Origin: Thraustochytrium aureum | Lineage: Eukaryota | Direction: 5' to 3' | Length of the DNA: 52,479 nt | Assembly: GCA_012862495.1 (NCBI GenBank) | Contig: BLSG01000321.1 | Span: 1 to 52,479 of the forward strand | Shown here: positions 28,581-39,370 of the stretch, one piece after another | How the letters are laid out: the number at the start of each line of letters is the position of its first letter | Position numbering within the stretch: the stretch's first letter is position 1 | Notes under the pieces: model-generated | What the model was told of the DNA's origin: nothing | The model's database searches: none | The model's input: only the letters and a program-made list of their open reading frames with translations | Position numbers and translations under genes: made by a program

Positions 28581-29831
28581 ATGAAGCTTAAGCGGTTCTT
28601 GCTGCGGTACTATCCGCCCGGTATTGTGCTCGAGTTTGAGCGACGCGATGGGTCTCGGGGCGCAAAGGAAATCGATCTGCTGCGGCTCACGCCAGAGACC
28701 GACGTTGACGTGCTGGTCAACCAGATCGTGTACGAGGAACCGCTGATTTCGCCCAACCGCAAGCCACAGCTCCGCCAGCTCATCCTCAAGCTCATGGAAA
28801 AGCTGGACGTCAACGAAAACCACGACTTTTACTTGTTCAAGATCCTCCGCGCGCACATCCTGCCGCTCACCAACTGCGCGTTCAACAAGTCTGGCGACCG
28901 CTTTATTACTGGAAGCTACGACAGGACCTGCAAGGTGTGGTCCACAGAGACCGGCGACGAGCTCCTCACGCTTGAGGGACACAAAAACGTCGTCTACGCA
29001 ATCGCTTTCAATCTCCCTTATGGTGACAAGATCGCCACGGGCTCGTTTGATAAAACTGCCCGGCTCTGGGATGCCAAGACCGGCCAGTGCTACCACACCT
29101 TTCGCGGCCACGCGACCGAGATTGTCTGCCTCGCATTCAACCCGACCGGGGACAAGCTCGCCACAGGCTCTATGGACAACACCGCAAAGATCTTTTGCAC
29201 CGAGACGGGACAAACGCTGCACACGCTAACCGGCCACAGCGCAGAGATCGTCTCGCTCAACTTTAGCGGCGACGGCACCAAGATCCTCACGGGCTCCTTC
29301 GACCACACGGTCCGCCTCTGGGACGTCCGCTCGGGCAAGTGCATTCACACCCTAATGGGCCACCACGGCGAGATTTCAAGCACCCAGTTTTCGCACAGCG
29401 GGGACCTGGCGGTCAGCGGCTCGATCGACCGGTCGACCAAGATCTGGGACCTCAACCAAGGCCAGTGCGTGCAGACGTTGCGCGGCCACAACGACGAGAT
29501 CCTGGACGTGTCCTTCAACAGCACGGCTTCCAAGCTGGTCACGGCCAGCGCGGACGGCACGGCTCGCGTTTACAACGTCATGACGGGCGCTTGCCAAGCG
29601 ATCCTGATCGGCCACGAGGGCGAGATCAGCAAGGTGACCTTCAACCCGCAGGGTACCAAAGTGCTGACGGCGTCGGCGGACAAGACAGCGCGCATTTGGG
29701 AGGTCGAGAGCGGCGACTGCCTCCAGGTCCTCGACGGCCACTCCGACGAGATCTTTTCCTGCGCGTACAACTACGATGGGTCCACCGTCATCACCGGTTC
29801 GAAGGACAACACTTGCCGGATCTGGCGATGC
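28581..29831 (+). CDS. DAW1: Dynein assembly factor with WD repeats 1 (ODA16/WDR69)
   Basis: [18 protein letters not shown]..., [35 protein letters not shown], multiple WD repeats ending [12 protein letters not shown]. The stop codon probably falls in the gap. Confidence 0.97.
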
Positions 29832-30650
29832 NNNNNNNNNNNNNNNNNNNNNNNNNNNNNNNNNNNNNNNNNNNNNNNNNNNNNNNNNNNNNNNNNNNNN
29901 NNNNNNNNNNNNNNNNNNNNNNNNNNNNNNNNNNNNNNNNNNNNNNNNNNNNNNNNNNNNNNNNNNNNNNNNNNNNNNNNNNNNNNNNNNNNNNNNNNNN
30001 NNNNNNNNNNNNNNNNNNNNNNNNNNNNNNNNNNNNNNNNNNNNNNNNNNNNNNNNNNNNNNNNNNNNNNNNNNNNNNNNNNNNNNNNNNNNNNNNNNNN
30101 TAGCTTTAGAGCTCTCTCTACTAGTAAAGAGATCAAAGCAAGCCACTGCGCTTCTCGTGCCCTGCTCGGCCTCAGGGATTGGCAGTCTCTGCGGAGCCAA
30201 GAGGTTGCTCGACTGGGCTGCTCTCGCCGGGAGGCTTCCCCGTGGGGCGCAAAAGTGCACTTTGACTCTCACCGCTTGTGCAAGGCTGGTGGGCAAGGGC
30301 GCACACAGCACATTTCGCGAAACGTCGGCGGTGAATCGCGCCTCCCTGGCCCGCGCGTGGCGCGGGGCCGCAGGCCTCTCTAGAACTAGAACGAATGGGT
30401 ACCGAAACAAAAACCGAACAGACATCAGCCGAAGCGCCTTCGCCCGTGGCAGACCCGGCCCGGCCAACGCATGCCGCGCAGCCGCGTCGGGGTAGAAAAT
30501 CAGGGACAAATAGAACAGGACTTGGTCGAGCGACCGGTTCAATGTCCTTGTCACTCTACGAGAAGCTAGTTGAGAGCAGTGCGAATGCGAAATGCGAACA
30601 CGGCCAGCAAAACGACCAACTCGAGCACCCTGCAGGCAGGCAGGCAGCTC

Positions 30651-32319
30651 TCACAGCTCATCGTGCTTGCTCTCCGTCGTTTCTGACGGGCTGTCCTCGT
30701 GGAGGGCTGTGCCGTGCTCGTACTTGAGCATGTTGAGCGAACCGGCGTTGGCCAAAAGCTGGTCAAGGAGCGGCGTCCACACCCTCCAGGACTCGAGCAC
30801 CTCGTCGAGACGCACAAAGTGCTCCTTTTCGCCCTCGAGCCCCGCTCGCAGGAGAACCTCGTAAGCGAATGGGCCCTCAGGGGCCTCCGCGATGTAGCCC
30901 ATGCGCGGCTCGTGCGAAAACGTCCAGCCAGAAGGCGGCTCGAACTCGCCAAGCGTGCCCGTGGCCAGCACGAACGAGCCGCTCGGCCCGCGCGTCGAGG
31001 GCCCCTGCAGGTTGAACACGAGCGCGGAGCCGTCGTCAAAGTCCACCTCGGTGTACGAGCGCCGCACACTCAGCGCCTTGCCGGACTTGAGGTGAATTGG
31101 CACGTTGTCGAGGACACTCTCCTTGTTCTGGATACGAAGTACAACGTGGGCGTACGTGGGCGGTCTCGGAAGGCTTGTCCAGCTCCTTCTCCCCCCACCT
31201 GCGCCGGTCCTCGTTGACATGGTCGTTGTACGACTCGTACTGGGCGAGGAGCGCAACGCGTTCCAGCTCCGCGGCTGTGAGCCGCTCAAAGACCCGCTTG
31301 CGCGCATCGGCCTCCTCCTTGCCGGCGGCGTCGCGGCGCGAGCTGTACGCGTGGTCCATGTCCAAAAGCGCGAGCATCATCATCAAATGGTTTTGCATCG
31401 TGTCGCGAACGACGCCCACTTCGTCATAAAAACCCGTCCGGCCCTTGCAGTCGTCGGTTTCCAGCATGCCCACCTCGACGCGGGTCACTCGCCGCCCGCC
31501 GAAATAGAGGTCAACAGGGTTGCTCTTGCCAAAGGCACGGATGCCGTGCATGCCCGACTTGCCCATGTAGTGGTCCACGAGAAGCACCTCCTCAGGCTTG
31601 AGCGACTTGTAGAGGCCCTCGGCAAGCTCTTCCGCGGACTGCAGGTCGACGCCGAACGGCTTCTCCACGATCACGCGCAGCCACGCCGACTTGTCCTTGG
31701 GCCTCAGGTGCTTGTCGATGTAGCTACCGATTGAGCCGAAAAACTTTGGCGGTACGGACAGGTAGAACATGCGCCCGGCCTCCTCTTCGCCCGCTGCAGC
31801 TTGCGCGGCTTCCATCGTTTCGCCGAGCGCGGTGTACTGCGCCTCGCTGCCGAAGCTGGACGTAGCCCGTCACTCGGTTCAGGAACGCCTCCTTGGACGC
31901 CGCGTCACGCGCGGTAATGTTGTTCGCGAGGATCTTCTCCAGGATTGGGCTTGACGCATCTGCAGCTTTTGTGGCAGCAGGGTAGACCATCATGGAGTCG
32001 CCCGTCGAGATGCCACTGCTCGTCCACCTCGCGCAGGTCAGAAACGGAAACGAAAGGGGCGCTTCGTGCGCGCACTCCTTGGAGGACTTACTCGGTGTGG
32101 ATGTTGTACAGCCCTTGCCAAAGGTACTTTTCTGCCAGGTTACCGGTAGCGCCAAGCAAGACCTGCGCGCCAGGCACGCACCCCCGTCAGCTTCATTCAC
32201 GCTTGCACAGAGAGCCACCTCCTCCAGCTCCGACAACCTACCACATTGACCCTCTTGGCCTCCACGCCAGCGCCAGCGCAGACCGCCGCCAGCGCCACGA
32301 CGCCCGCCAGCCAGACCAT
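30651..32319 (-). CDS. Secretory-pathway glucose-6-phosphate dehydrogenase (H6PD-like), with signal peptide and C-terminal HDEL; introns 32163-32241 and 32016-32091; probable indel errors near 31850 and 31160
   Basis: Splicing two GT..CTGAC..CAG introns gives MVWLAGVVALAAVCAGAGVEAKRVNV|VLLGATGNLAEKYLWQGL. Later motifs: RMFYLSVPP, RVIVEKPFGVDL, VDHYMGK, GRTGFYDEVGVVRDTMQNHL, VPIHLKSGKAL, AYEVLL, ESWRVWTPLL. The protein ends KHDEL*. Confidence 0.9.
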
Positions 32320-33200
32320 CGATGGTCCGCGCCGTCCCCCGCGTCGAGCTCACCCAGTCGCCTCGAAACGTCCGACGGCAAGCGTCGCGCTTGGCACGTC
32401 GCGCGCCGCGTCCCGAGTCGGAGCGAGCTCGTTCAGTCCTGCCGAGCCACGGCCGCGAAGCTGCCCAGCGCCGCCAAGATGCCCGCAGCCGCACTGCCTT
32501 CCCGCGCCCTCCGCCCGCCCGCCTCCGCAGCGCGCAGCAGCAGCTCGCTCGCTCGCTCTCTCTCTCGCGTTCGGGCTCTGTCGGCGATTCCATTTCATCA
32601 CCAGGATCCTGAGTCCGGCCTCTCTCTCGCTGCCCCTCTATAATGACCTAAGTATTAAGGTTAGCATGGCTGTAGATAAACAGAGGGGAGAACAGGCTGG
32701 CCCTCTATGTANNNNNNNNNNNNNNNNNNNNNNNNNNNNNNNNNNNNNNNNNNNNNNNNNNNNNNNNNNNNNNNNNNNNNNNNNNNNNNNNNNNNNNNNN
32801 NNNNNNNNNNNNNNNNNNNNNNNNNNNNNNNNNNNNNNNNNNNNNNNNNNNNNNNNNNNNNNNNNNNNNNNNNNNNNNNNNNNNNNNNNNNNNNNNNNNN
32901 NNNNNNNNNNNNNNNNNNNNNNNNNNNNNNNNNNNNNNNNNNNNNNNNNNNNNNNNNNNNNNNNNNNNNNNNNNNNNNNNNNNNNNNNNNNNNNNNNNNN
33001 NNNNNNNNNNNNNNNNNNNNNNNNNNNNNNNNNNNNNNNNNNNNNNNNNNNNNNNNNNNNNNNNNNNNNNNNNNNNNNNNNNNNNNNNNCGCTGCTGCAC
33101 GCTGGGCGCGGCTGCGGCGAGCGGCGGTAGCGCGCACGCCTTGCTCTCGGCTGGAAGGGTCGTTGTGGCGGCACTCGCTCGAGCTTTGGGCGCCGGCACC

Positions 33201-36200
33201 ATGCGCCTCCAGGGCGGCGGCGGGACCGAACTCGAACAGAGCCGCGTCGCGGAGCGTGTTGCGAAGGTGGGCGCGAAGGACCGCGAAGGGGAGGATGAGG
33301 CTGAGCCCGGGAGCGAGCTTGTTGAGCTGGAGCTGATGCTGAGCGAGATTGATGCTGAGGTTTCGGGCATCGAGAGCGGGATTCTTGCGCGTCGCGGTGC
33401 GCGGCCGGGCGCTGCTCGCGAGCAGTGGGTATTTGATCGTGTTGAGAGAGCATGCGAGCGCAAAGACACAAAGGTCGGCGCCAAGCAGGTTCGACGAAAA
33501 GTGCCGAATACTGTGCCTGAAAAGTACTTGCGGGGCAGGGGCAGGCAGAAGGGGAAGCCTGACCACGACGGCCCGGGCGTTGGAGCATACTCGCCGAATT
33601 TCAATGCTGTTGAACGAAGAGTCTCAGGGCCCACAATGGTTGCCTCAAAGACAATGGCCGCGCATCGAAATATTCGACCGCGATTCTTCAAGTCGCACTT
33701 CAGGATTACCACGGCCAAGTTGCGATTAAGCCAGAAGCGGCTCTCGACGCCACTTCGCGGTTTCGCACGCCGATCGGGTGCAAGCTTGCCGGTCCAAAGA
33801 GCGCGAGCGAGACCCGCGACCAAGAACGGCGTGGCGCCACCAAGCAAGACGCGAAGACCCCTGCTGTCGGCGACTACGACCCCAACTACGCCGCCATCGC
33901 CCCGCGGACGCGTGGGTTCGCGTTTGCCCCTCCAAAATCAGTCGACAGCATTCTCGAGCGCGCGCACAGACCATCTCAAGGCCAAAGCTGCAAGAACAGC
34001 GAGGTCTCGGAGCCGCCAAGCACAGCGCAACGGTCCTCGGACGCCCACGACGATCTCGGGCTAGCCGTAGAGATTGCCTTCCAGGCGATCGAGCCGCGTG
34101 TGAAAGGTGTGTGTGCCTGGGTGCCGCCTTCTCACTCAAAGGAGCCGCGCACGCCGCAGAAGCAAAGCGCAAGGGCCGATGATGAAATTGTGCTCGAGGA
34201 TCTCGAATCTGCAAGGCGGGCTCTCGAGCCGAGCATCCGCGGAACCGTTGCATGGGTCAAACCAAGCGCGTCTCGGAGCCACAGCGTTCAGCCAGAGGCT
34301 CCAACCTCGGACAAGCGGAAGTGAACGGCACGAATCGTCTCGCGCAACGGTATCGCACCCGCCGAATCCAATGCCGGGTTTTGCGATTGCGAGCAAGCCC
34401 ACCCCACAGCTGTTGAAGCACCGGGCAAAGGAGAACCAGGTCAAAGCACTGCTCGGCCCCGGCACATACCTGAGCTCTGCAGCCGCTTCGACCTTTGCGA
34501 GCCAGGCCCCCGGGGTTGTTGCTTTCGCCCGCCCGACGCCATTAACAAACGCGCTCAAGCGGCGTCGGCGCCAGGAAGTGGCCGAGCCAGGGGTTGGACA
34601 ATACCATGTCGACAGGGCTATTGAGGCAACTCGCCCACGCGTGAAGTGCTCGGTGAGCTTCAGCAAAGGATCAGCTCGGTTTCGAAGCCCAAGCAAACCA
34701 ACCTCGGGCATCTCGCCTCCCCCGGCGGACACGACTCTCATCAGAGCAAATCCAGCAGAATCTCTCGAGCACGAGAAAGTGGAGCTGGAGCCGCAAGCCC
34801 ACGAGGCCAAGCTCGCAGACAGCTCCCCAAGCTCATACCATGTTGCAGAGTACAGCTCGAGCGACGAGGAAAGCGAGCCGGAGAGCAAGTGCAGCAAGCG
34901 CAAGAGGAGCGCCGCTCGTCGTAGCCATGAAGGCAAGTACACGGACTCGAGCTCGGGCAGCCGAGGCAGCTCAAGCGAGAGCTCTGACGAAGAAAAGAAC
35001 GCCGAACTCGAGGAGCTCACACAATGGCTCGTCGCTCGGAGGAAGAAAGGCGGCAAAGGCGCCCGTTCGCCAACGAAGCAATCCTCACCGGCGAGCCTCA
35101 ATGAACAATCGACGACAAAGCCTCTCACGGCAAGCAGGCAAAAGCCATCCCCTTGGGCACACAAGCCGTTTGCCGAAGCCGCAGACGGAAAGCGATACTT
35201 AATTCTGCAACGCTATAAACGCGACAAGGCCTTGGAGGCAATGGGTCCGGCCCGAGTCCTGCAGCCCAATCACAGCGCAGTGGAGCCGCGCCTTGGCAAA
35301 GGGACGATATCGCACAGCACAGCTCAGGAGACGCGAGAGAAGCAGGAGAAAATAAACGAGCAGATCAAGGCCAAGCTTGCCAAGCAAAACGGGCCTCGGG
35401 ACGAAGCGCTTTTGGCTCGGCTGGGAATCGCCGCAGACCTCCTGGAGGGACGAGACCCCATTCCAGACCCCAGCCGTCCGCCCTCACCGTCCCAGATCAA
35501 GGGTTTTGCCTACCACAGCCCCACGCACCTGAGCTCGCCAGCACGGCGCGCTCGAGCAGCTCGCCAAGAGGAGGCCGAGAAGCGCGGGCCAGGAGCTTAC
35601 TCGTCGTCGGTCCATCAGGAGTGGATCCGCGCCGAGGAGCGCGTCGAGCGCGCCCTCGCCGAGTTGCGGCAGGCTGCTGCCGAAGCCAAGCTGCACGAAG
35701 GCGGTCAACAGCACGAGCAAGCCTTGAAGCGCTTGCACGAAGCAAAACACGCATGGGAGCAGGTGCGGGCGCAAACGATCATGGGCAAAGCGCCAGGTCG
35801 CGAGCGCATCAAGGTTTCTTCAAAAGGGCGTACAACGCGAGTGGCTTTCCACGACGCTACGTTTTACGCAAGCGAGACGGATGCAGGGCCGGAGCTCGGC
35901 CCTGGTGCGTACAATGTGGCCGACAACGTTACGAGGTTTGGAGTTGATCGACCAAGAGCTGTTGCCGAGTACTCGCGCATGAGCGAGTCGCGTCGAGCAC
36001 CGCTGGGCCAGAACTTTGACTACGCCAACACCGACGACGAGAGCGGCGGCGGTGCGCTCTTTGACGGCTGTGCCCTCGACTTGGATCGTGAGGCAGCGTT
36101 TGACTTTGTCAAGCCTACAGCCCCTGGGGCGCGCGGTTTCTCGTTTGGCGAGCCAAGCGAACCAAGGCAGCACAACCTACAAGCAGACTCAAGCCCGGCA

Positions 36201-37877
36201 GGCCTTGACCTCGAACCGAACTACGAGTTCGGCAAGTTTTATGAGCCGGGTAAGGGCCTGCTTGCCATGGACAAGGTACTCGGTAGAGAGCCAAACAAGA
36301 GCTCAATCGCTGCCGAGCAAGACATCGCTGGTCGCCTTGACCTCGACACGGAGGCAGCGAGGGCATTTCTCCAGCCGCGCGTCAAAGGCATGGTTGATCT
36401 CTCGATGGGTCTTGATCGCGGCCTGGACAAGACCTCTGCCAGCGAAGACGTGGAAGGGTTTGTCAACGCCCAATACGAGCCAAATCTCGACGCAGTCAAA
36501 CCGCGGCAAGGCGCAGGCGTGATTGAGTTTGCCAAAGGGTTGGACCGTTTCCCAGCTGCAGCCCCAGGTGACGAGAGTGGGCCGCCTCCAGGCAAGGACG
36601 CGGCTTTCGACGCAGAATATGATACGACGCCTGGGCTGCGGCTCACGAAGCCTGGGTCGGTTCCGGCGGCCGCAGGGCTTGTGGATATGTCCAAGCAGCA
36701 AGGAAGAGCGCTTGGAGAAGCCGAGAAAGACGTCCCAGCATACCGTGACGCTGTGTACCCTGGAGCAGAAGGAGACCTGTCAATGCTCGGCGGTCGAAAC
36801 GCCAAGGGTCAGCGACGCACTGCGCCAGCAGCCACGAAGACGACTCTAGATATGAGCAAAGGACCAAGTAAGCCCCCTCTGTTCGCTGTGGACGAGGGTG
36901 ACCAGGCCATCAATGGAGGGACCGAGCTTGACCTTGACCCCGATCGCGCCGACGCCGTGCTTCGCCCCCGCCAGGACAAGGGTCTCGTCAAGCTTGATCT
37001 TTCGCGCCCTCGCTGGGCAGAGGAAGACGAGATGATCGCCAAGCGAGCGCGCGAGCGCCCAGAGTCTCCAATTCAGGAGCTGGTCGAGCTCGCACGAGCC
37101 AAGCTGTCGATCAAGGACAAGAGCAAGCGCCCAACGCCTGCGGCGCTCTTGGACCTCGGCCGGGGCGCTCAGCGGGACCCGTTTGGCGGCTTGGCGAAAG
37201 ACCACGCCAAAGAGGAGGCGCCGATACTGGAAATTGACGCAACCAAAGGTCGAGATGCGCCGTCGCAAAACCGCCGCGTTGTCGGCGGAGCGCTCGCGCG
37301 TTCAAAACGGAGCGGTTCGCCGTCAACACAATATGCCAAGGAAGCGGCTCTTCAAGGGAATGTGCTGGAGCTCGACCCGCGAACAGAAGCGATCGAGCCT
37401 CGCCAAGGCTTGGTGCATGTTGAAATGTCGCGCCAGCTTGGTCGCGAGAACCTGGCGCGCGACTCAAACACCCCAGCCGAGTGCTGGGAGGGTCCCAATG
37501 CCGACCCAGCGCTTGTAATGATGGCGGAGCCGCACGTTCCGGACCTTGAACGCGGCGACAACGCTCTGCGGAAGCGAGTCAAGGGAGGTGCGATTGGACT
37601 AGAGAATGAGACGTCGAAGCCGGTTCTTGTCGCGCAGAAACGCGAATCCTCAAAGCGAGAAAAAATTCGTCGGATGGTCGAGCGAGCCGCTGTCGCGCAA
37701 GAGCAGGCCAAACTACGCGCAGACCGTCTAGAGTCGGTGAATCGAGCCAAGTATGGCAAGGAGTACGAGGAGATGAAGGCGGCAGAGGCGGCTGCCCTTC
37801 GAAAACAGGAAGCTCGCGCAGTGCGACGCAGCAAGAAGAAGGGAAGAGTCCCGCCAAGAGCCAAGGCCGTGCACTAG
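33201..37877 (+). CDS. Large PGPG-Y (SHIPPO/STPG-like) repeat protein, probably flagellar; frameshifts near 33680 and 34330; start uncertain (possibly in the gap)
   Basis: Recurrent motifs GPGVGAYSPN, PAVGDYDPNY (alternate frame), LGPGTYLS, PGVGQYHV, RGPGAYS, LGPGAYNV and many ..PRVKG.. repeats. Confidence 0.6.
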
Positions 37878-38049
37878 GCCCTCGTTGGTATGCCACAACG
37901 AGAGCGCAGCAGCGCCGCGAGCTCGTTTGCTATCAACTAGCTAGAGTACCTACTAGAGACAAAAGCGACAAACAAAGCCTTCAATGTCCACCCCCTAGCT
38001 CTCTCTCTGGCCATCGTCGTCGCGCTCTAGCTAGCTAGAGCAGAGGCGC

Positions 38050-38886
38050 CTAGCCAGGCAAGAGCATCGCGACGTGACGTTCGAGTTCGTAAGGCATGAT
38101 TCCGTCAAACCGCCCAACAAGGACGCCTGTAGAGTCGAGAAGAAAATAGGATGCAAAGTCCCCCGCGATATCCTGCGGGGTCCCAGAAAGACGCTTCAGC
38201 TCTTGAAAGAGCGGGCTTGCGTGCTTACCGTTCACCTTGGCCGGGAGGGTGAGGCAAATGTCAGAGATGCCAAGTTTTCGCGCCACGGAGCGGCCCATCT
38301 TCATGAGCGCGAGCTTCTCGGCCGCCGGTCGCGTCTTCCACCGCTGCTCGTCGACCGCCGTTTCGTCGACCAGAACCACAAAGGCTGCCAGATTTTCTAC
38401 GCCGTATCGCTGCACAAGCGCTTGAATCTCGTCGAGGTGTGCGCACTCGAGGGTCGCGCCATCTGCTCGTCGGCCGCGTTTCGTTGCAAATGACGAGAGC
38501 CTCGCGCTCGTGATGAGACAGACGCGTCCGCGGAGCTTTGAGAGGTCGAGCCAAGGGATCCCAGAGCTTACCTTTTCGAGCTTTGTGCTCGATAGCGCGC
38601 TGCGAAAGACCTTGGCGGCCCTGAAGGCCTCCTCGTCCTCCGCCTTCGCAGCCCTTTCCTCTCGGGCCTCCGCTTCAATCAAAGCTGCAGGGCCATCGCT
38701 GGCTGGCGCGGGCGCGCTGCCACTTTCCTGCCCTCTGCCTTCAAGCCCCGCCGTGCCGCCTTCATCGGGTTGAGGCTGTTCCTGGCTTGCCTCAGCGCGT
38801 GCGCCAGCGTGTTGAAGGTCGTCTTCATGTGGCGGCCGTGGCGACTGCGCGGGCTCGTCCTCGGGCAATCGATGTTGCTCGGCCAT
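38050..38886 (-). CDS. Glutathione-peroxidase-like (thioredoxin-fold) protein lacking the catalytic motif
   Basis: LDLSKLRGRVCLIT, LVQRYG..LAAF, KVNGKHASPLFQELK and IAGDFASYFLLDSTGVLVGRF match the GPx layout. There is no NVASxC/U motif and no WNF motif. ATG at 38886. Confidence 0.65.
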   Translation of the reverse strand: MAEQHRLPEDEPAQSPRPPHEDDLQHAGARAEASQEQPQPDEGGTAGLEGRGQESGSAPAPASDGPAALIEAEAREERAAKAEDEEAFRAAKVFRSALSSTKLEKVSSGIPWLDLSKLRGRVCLITSARLSSFATKRGRRADGATLECAHLDEIQALVQRYGVENLAAFVVLVDETAVDEQRWKTRPAAEKLALMKMGRSVARKLGISDICLTLPAKVNGKHASPLFQELKRLSGTPQDIAGDFASYFLLDSTGVLVGRFDGIMPYELERHVAMLLPG

Positions 38887-39065
38887 TATCCGATCGGGAC
38901 TCGCCCGCGCTCTCCAAGAGCAACTTGCGCGCGAACGTCGCTGTGCGCGGAGAGCGCCCGCCCCGATTGGCTTGGCTGGCGAGCGGGCCGTCCAACACCT
39001 CCTAACGGGTCTGATACCCTCTATAAATTGGTCACCCTCTATACGCGTACGGGTTTGTGCATGAG

Positions 39066-39101
39066 CGCGATTGGCGCGCGATTGGCGCGCGATTGGCGCG
39101 C
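39066..39101 (-). promoter_or_regulatory. Three tandem 11-bp repeats each containing CCAAT (minus strand), about 180 bp upstream of the GPx-like gene
   Basis: gcgcgattggc x3. The repeat is seen directly; a regulatory role is inferred only. Confidence 0.35.
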
Positions 39102-39370
39102 GAGGCCTCGTGCAAGGCGGTGTGCTGGGCACGGTTCACGAGACACGGCGCACGAGATTCATCGAGAGACGAGACATGCGATTTTAACGAGGTCATCGTG
39201 GACGGGTTTTGCCGCGCATCGATCCGAAAGCAAGGCCAACTCGGAAGTTGTCGCTTTGGGGCCAACGCTCGCCTTTTTCCCTTTCTTTTCATTTCATGGG
39301 ACGGTGCGCGGACGGCCAGTTTCGTTGGATGTGGACCAGAAGAGTAGTGGTTTCCTTGTTGTGGTTGTTT

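Noticed and set aside
29832..30383. C-terminal extension of DAW1 beyond the gap
   Set aside because: DAW1 orthologues end at about CRIWR. The extension is an artefact of translating through Ns.
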